From: an uncultured Gammaproteobacteria bacterium
GTDB lineage: Bacteria; Pseudomonadota; Gammaproteobacteria; Steroidobacterales; Steroidobacteraceae
Length of the DNA: 64,000 bases
Assembly: GCA_963795975.1 (NCBI GenBank)
Contig: CAWCJT010000009.1
Location: 161,409 to 225,408, forward strand
Reading direction: 5' to 3'
Under the pieces are notes generated by a model. The model was not told where the DNA came from and made no database searches. It worked only from the letters and a program-made list of their open reading frames with translations. Positions within the stretch are counted from its first letter, which is position 1. Each line of letters opens with the position of its first letter. Positions 62,028 through 64,000 of the stretch are shown one piece after another. The translations under genes were made by a program, and so were the position numbers.

Positions 62028-63401
62028 GTGGTTGCGCGTTGCGATGCAGCAACGATATTCTCGCGCGCTGTGACGCACTACGATCACATCCTCGTTCCGC
62101 AGGACGGCTCGCGGATCATCATCAATACCGACGCGAGCCTGAGCGTTCCCGACCAGCCGATCATTGCCTACATCGAAGGCGATGGCATCGGCATCGACGT
62201 GACGCCGGCCATGCTCAAAGTCGTCAATGCTGCGGTCGGCAAGGCCTACGGCGCGCGCCGCGCAGTGCGCTGGATGGAAGTCTATGCGGGCGCCAAGGCG
62301 AATCGGCTGTACGGCAACTGGCTGCCGGATGAGACGATGCAGGTCTTGCGCGAGTTCGTGGTCGCGATCAAGGGGCCGCTCGAAACCCCGGTTGGCGAGG
62401 GGATTCGCTCGCTGAATGTCGCCATGCGTCAGACGCTCGACCTGTACGCCTGTGTGCGGCCCATCCGTTACTTCCCTGGGGTCTCAAGTCCAATGCAGGA
62501 CGCGAGCCTCACCGACATGGTGGTGTTTCGCGAGAACACGGAGGACATTTACGCGGGGATCGAATGGGCGGCGGGATCGGCCCAAGTTCACCAGCTCATC
62601 GCGTACCTGCATCGTGAGCTCGGGGTGACAGGGATCCGCTTTCCCTCGAGCTCCGGCATCGGCATCAAGCCCGTCTCGAAGGAAGGTAGCCAGCGCCTCA
62701 TCCGCAAGGCGATCCAGTATGCGATCGACAACGATCGCGTCTCGGTGACTCTGGTGCACAAGGGCAACATCATGAAGTTCACCGAGGGTGCGTTCCGCAA
62801 CTGGGGATATCAGCTTGCGAAAGACGAGTTCGGGGCGCGCGAGATCGGCGGCGGACCGTGGCTCAGCTTCAAGAACCCGCTGAGCGGCTCGGACATCATC
62901 GTGAAGGATGTGATCGCAGACAACTTTCTGCAGCAGGTGTTGATGCGACCGGAAGAGTACGACGTGATCGCCACGCTCAACCTCAACGGCGATTACATCT
63001 CCGATGCGCTCGCGGCTCAGGTCGGTGGTATCGGCATCGCTCCGGGCGGCAATATCGGCGACGGTCCTGCAGTCTTCGAGGCGACGCACGGCACGGCTCC
63101 GGGATTTGCAGGCAAGGATCGTGTGAACCCGGGCTCGCTCATCCTGTCGGCGGAAATGATGCTGCGCTATCTGCAATGGACCGAGGCCGCGGACCTCATC
63201 ATCAAGGGCGTCGCCAGCACCATCGCGCACAAGGAGCTCACCTACGACTTGGCGCGTTTGCGCGAAGCGATCCGTGCTCCGAAGCGCGAGCTCGCGGCAC
63301 GCAAGAACGTCGAGGAGAAGATGCAGGGACTCATTCCGGGCGCGAAGCTCATGAGCACCTCGGGCTTCGCCGACGCCGTGATTCGCCACATGGATGATTG
63401 A
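62028..63401 (+). CDS. icd: NADP-dependent isocitrate dehydrogenase (homodimeric, E. coli Icd type)
   Basis: [26 protein letters not shown]...[32 protein letters not shown]...[17 protein letters not shown]...[23 protein letters not shown] is near-collinear with E. coli Icd. The start is GTG 62028 or GTG 62070. Confidence 0.9.
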   Translation: MVARCDAATIFSRAVTHYDHILVPQDGSRIIINTDASLSVPDQPIIAYIEGDGIGIDVTPAMLKVVNAAVGKAYGARRAVRWMEVYAGAKANRLYGNWLPDETMQVLREFVVAIKGPLETPVGEGIRSLNVAMRQTLDLYACVRPIRYFPGVSSPMQDASLTDMVVFRENTEDIYAGIEWAAGSAQVHQLIAYLHRELGVTGIRFPSSSGIGIKPVSKEGSQRLIRKAIQYAIDNDRVSVTLVHKGNIMKFTEGAFRNWGYQLAKDEFGAREIGGGPWLSFKNPLSGSDIIVKDVIADNFLQQVLMRPEEYDVIATLNLNGDYISDALAAQVGGIGIAPGGNIGDGPAVFEATHGTAPGFAGKDRVNPGSLILSAEMMLRYLQWTEAADLIIKGVASTIAHKELTYDLARLREAIRAPKRELAARKNVEEKMQGLIPGAKLMSTSGFADAVIRHMDD

Positions 63402-64000
63402 CGACGCGCCGAGCGCCATCTACGACAGCCGCTGCACGCGCTGTCCGCGCCTCGCCAGCTATCTCGCCGAAGCCCACCTGCGCTACCCGAGTTACTGGTG
63501 TCGGCCGGTCGCGCCTTTCGGAGACCCCGCGGCACGCATCGTTCTCGTCGGCCTTGCGCCGGGCATGCACGGCGCCAACCGCACCGCACGGCCCTTCACC
63601 GGTGACTTCGCTGGCATCCTGCTCTACGAGACGCTCTTCGAGCTCGGACTGTCGAATCAAGCCGAGGGGACCGCGGCGGACGATGGCCTTGTGCTGTACG
63701 ACACGCGCATCACGAACGCGGTCAAGTGCGCGCCGCCTGAGAACAAGCCGACCCCGGAAGAGATTCGGCGCTGCAACGCATACCTTTCCGCTGAGCTCGC
63801 GACCCTCGAGGGGGCCCGCGTGCTGGTCGCACTCGGACGGATCGCGCATGATGCGGCACTCGTCGCATTGGGCCTCAAGCGCACGGCCTTCAGCTTCGCT
63901 CACGGCGGCGAGCACCGTCTGAGCGACGCGCTGTACCTCCTCGACTCGTATCATTGCAGCCGCTACAACACTCAGACTCGGCGCCTGACCGCGAAGATGT
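63394..64000 (+). CDS. uracil-DNA glycosylase family 4-type protein (3' end outside the window)
   Basis: This gene is not in the ORF track because it runs off the window. My own translation from ATG 63394 gives [24 protein letters not shown]...[30 protein letters not shown]...[26 protein letters not shown]...[11 protein letters not shown], with no stop up to 64000. It overlaps the icd stop by 8 nt. Confidence 0.75.
   Translation, partial: MIDDAPSAIYDSRCTRCPRLASYLAEAHLRYPSYWCRPVAPFGDPAARIVLVGLAPGMHGANRTARPFTGDFAGILLYETLFELGLSNQAEGTAADDGLVLYDTRITNAVKCAPPENKPTPEEIRRCNAYLSAELATLEGARVLVALGRIAHDAALVALGLKRTAFSFAHGGEHRLSDALYLLDSYHCSRYNTQTRRLTAKM

Noticed and set aside
62037-62054. Hairpin CGTTGC-gatgca-GCAACG after the DAHP synthase stop, considered as a rho-independent terminator.
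   Set aside because: The stem is only 6 bp, there is no proper T-tract, and it lies inside the icd reading frame if GTG 62028 is the start.

Overview
This is a GC-rich bacterial chromosomal window (roughly two-thirds G+C by eye) with about 58 protein-coding loci. I saw no rRNA or tRNA genes, no CRISPR array, and no transposase, integrase or phage genes. The content is core metabolism and envelope functions. By gene content and synteny it looks gammaproteobacterial, possibly Xanthomonadales/Nevskiales-like, but that is inference only. In order, the window holds: an alpha/beta hydrolase, oxidoreductase and quinone oxidoreductase group; an S9 peptidase; a CHASE3-PAS hybrid histidine kinase; an Lrp-type regulator divergent from a branched-chain 2-oxoacid dehydrogenase module (fused E1 alpha/beta plus E2); a giant DUF748 envelope protein; a DUF1810 and RNase T2 pair; pqiABC; a sulfur-assimilation cluster (cysI-DUF934, cysB, cysH, cysG, cysteine synthase, TrxR-type ferredoxin-NADP reductase); a MaoC and CitE pair; an XdhC-orf-MocA molybdenum-cofactor maturation module; thrABC with a coupled NERD protein; M20 peptidase; tatD; ltaE; an ABC-2 exporter; ygjP-like; kynA; msrPQ; a HAD hydrolase; acnA; mnmA; NUDIX; purB; fumC; a CoA pyrophosphatase; mazG; a lysine-catabolic pair (saccharopine-dehydrogenase-like plus ALDH); class II DAHP synthase; icd; and a family-4 uracil-DNA glycosylase that the ORF track misses. 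The dominant anomaly is technical-looking. Two blocks (about 1.5-9.1 kb and 44.0-51.25 kb) are riddled with single-base reading-frame breaks, locally up to three within about 35 nt. Isolated breaks also hit housekeeping genes (cysI, cysteine synthase, pqiA, mnmA, purB, fumC). Long neighbouring genes, including the 3 kb DUF748 gene, the 2.5 kb thrA and the E2 gene, are clean. I interpret these breaks as probable assembly or base-calling indels rather than biology, but this needs read-level confirmation. I did not find a convincing new multi-gene system. The best leads are small: the DUF1810/RNase T2 pair, the orphan XdhC-orf-MocA module with an internal AT-rich island, the thrC-coupled membrane NERD protein, a GIY-YIG-like orphan, and an unrecognised protein in the hflD slot next to purB.
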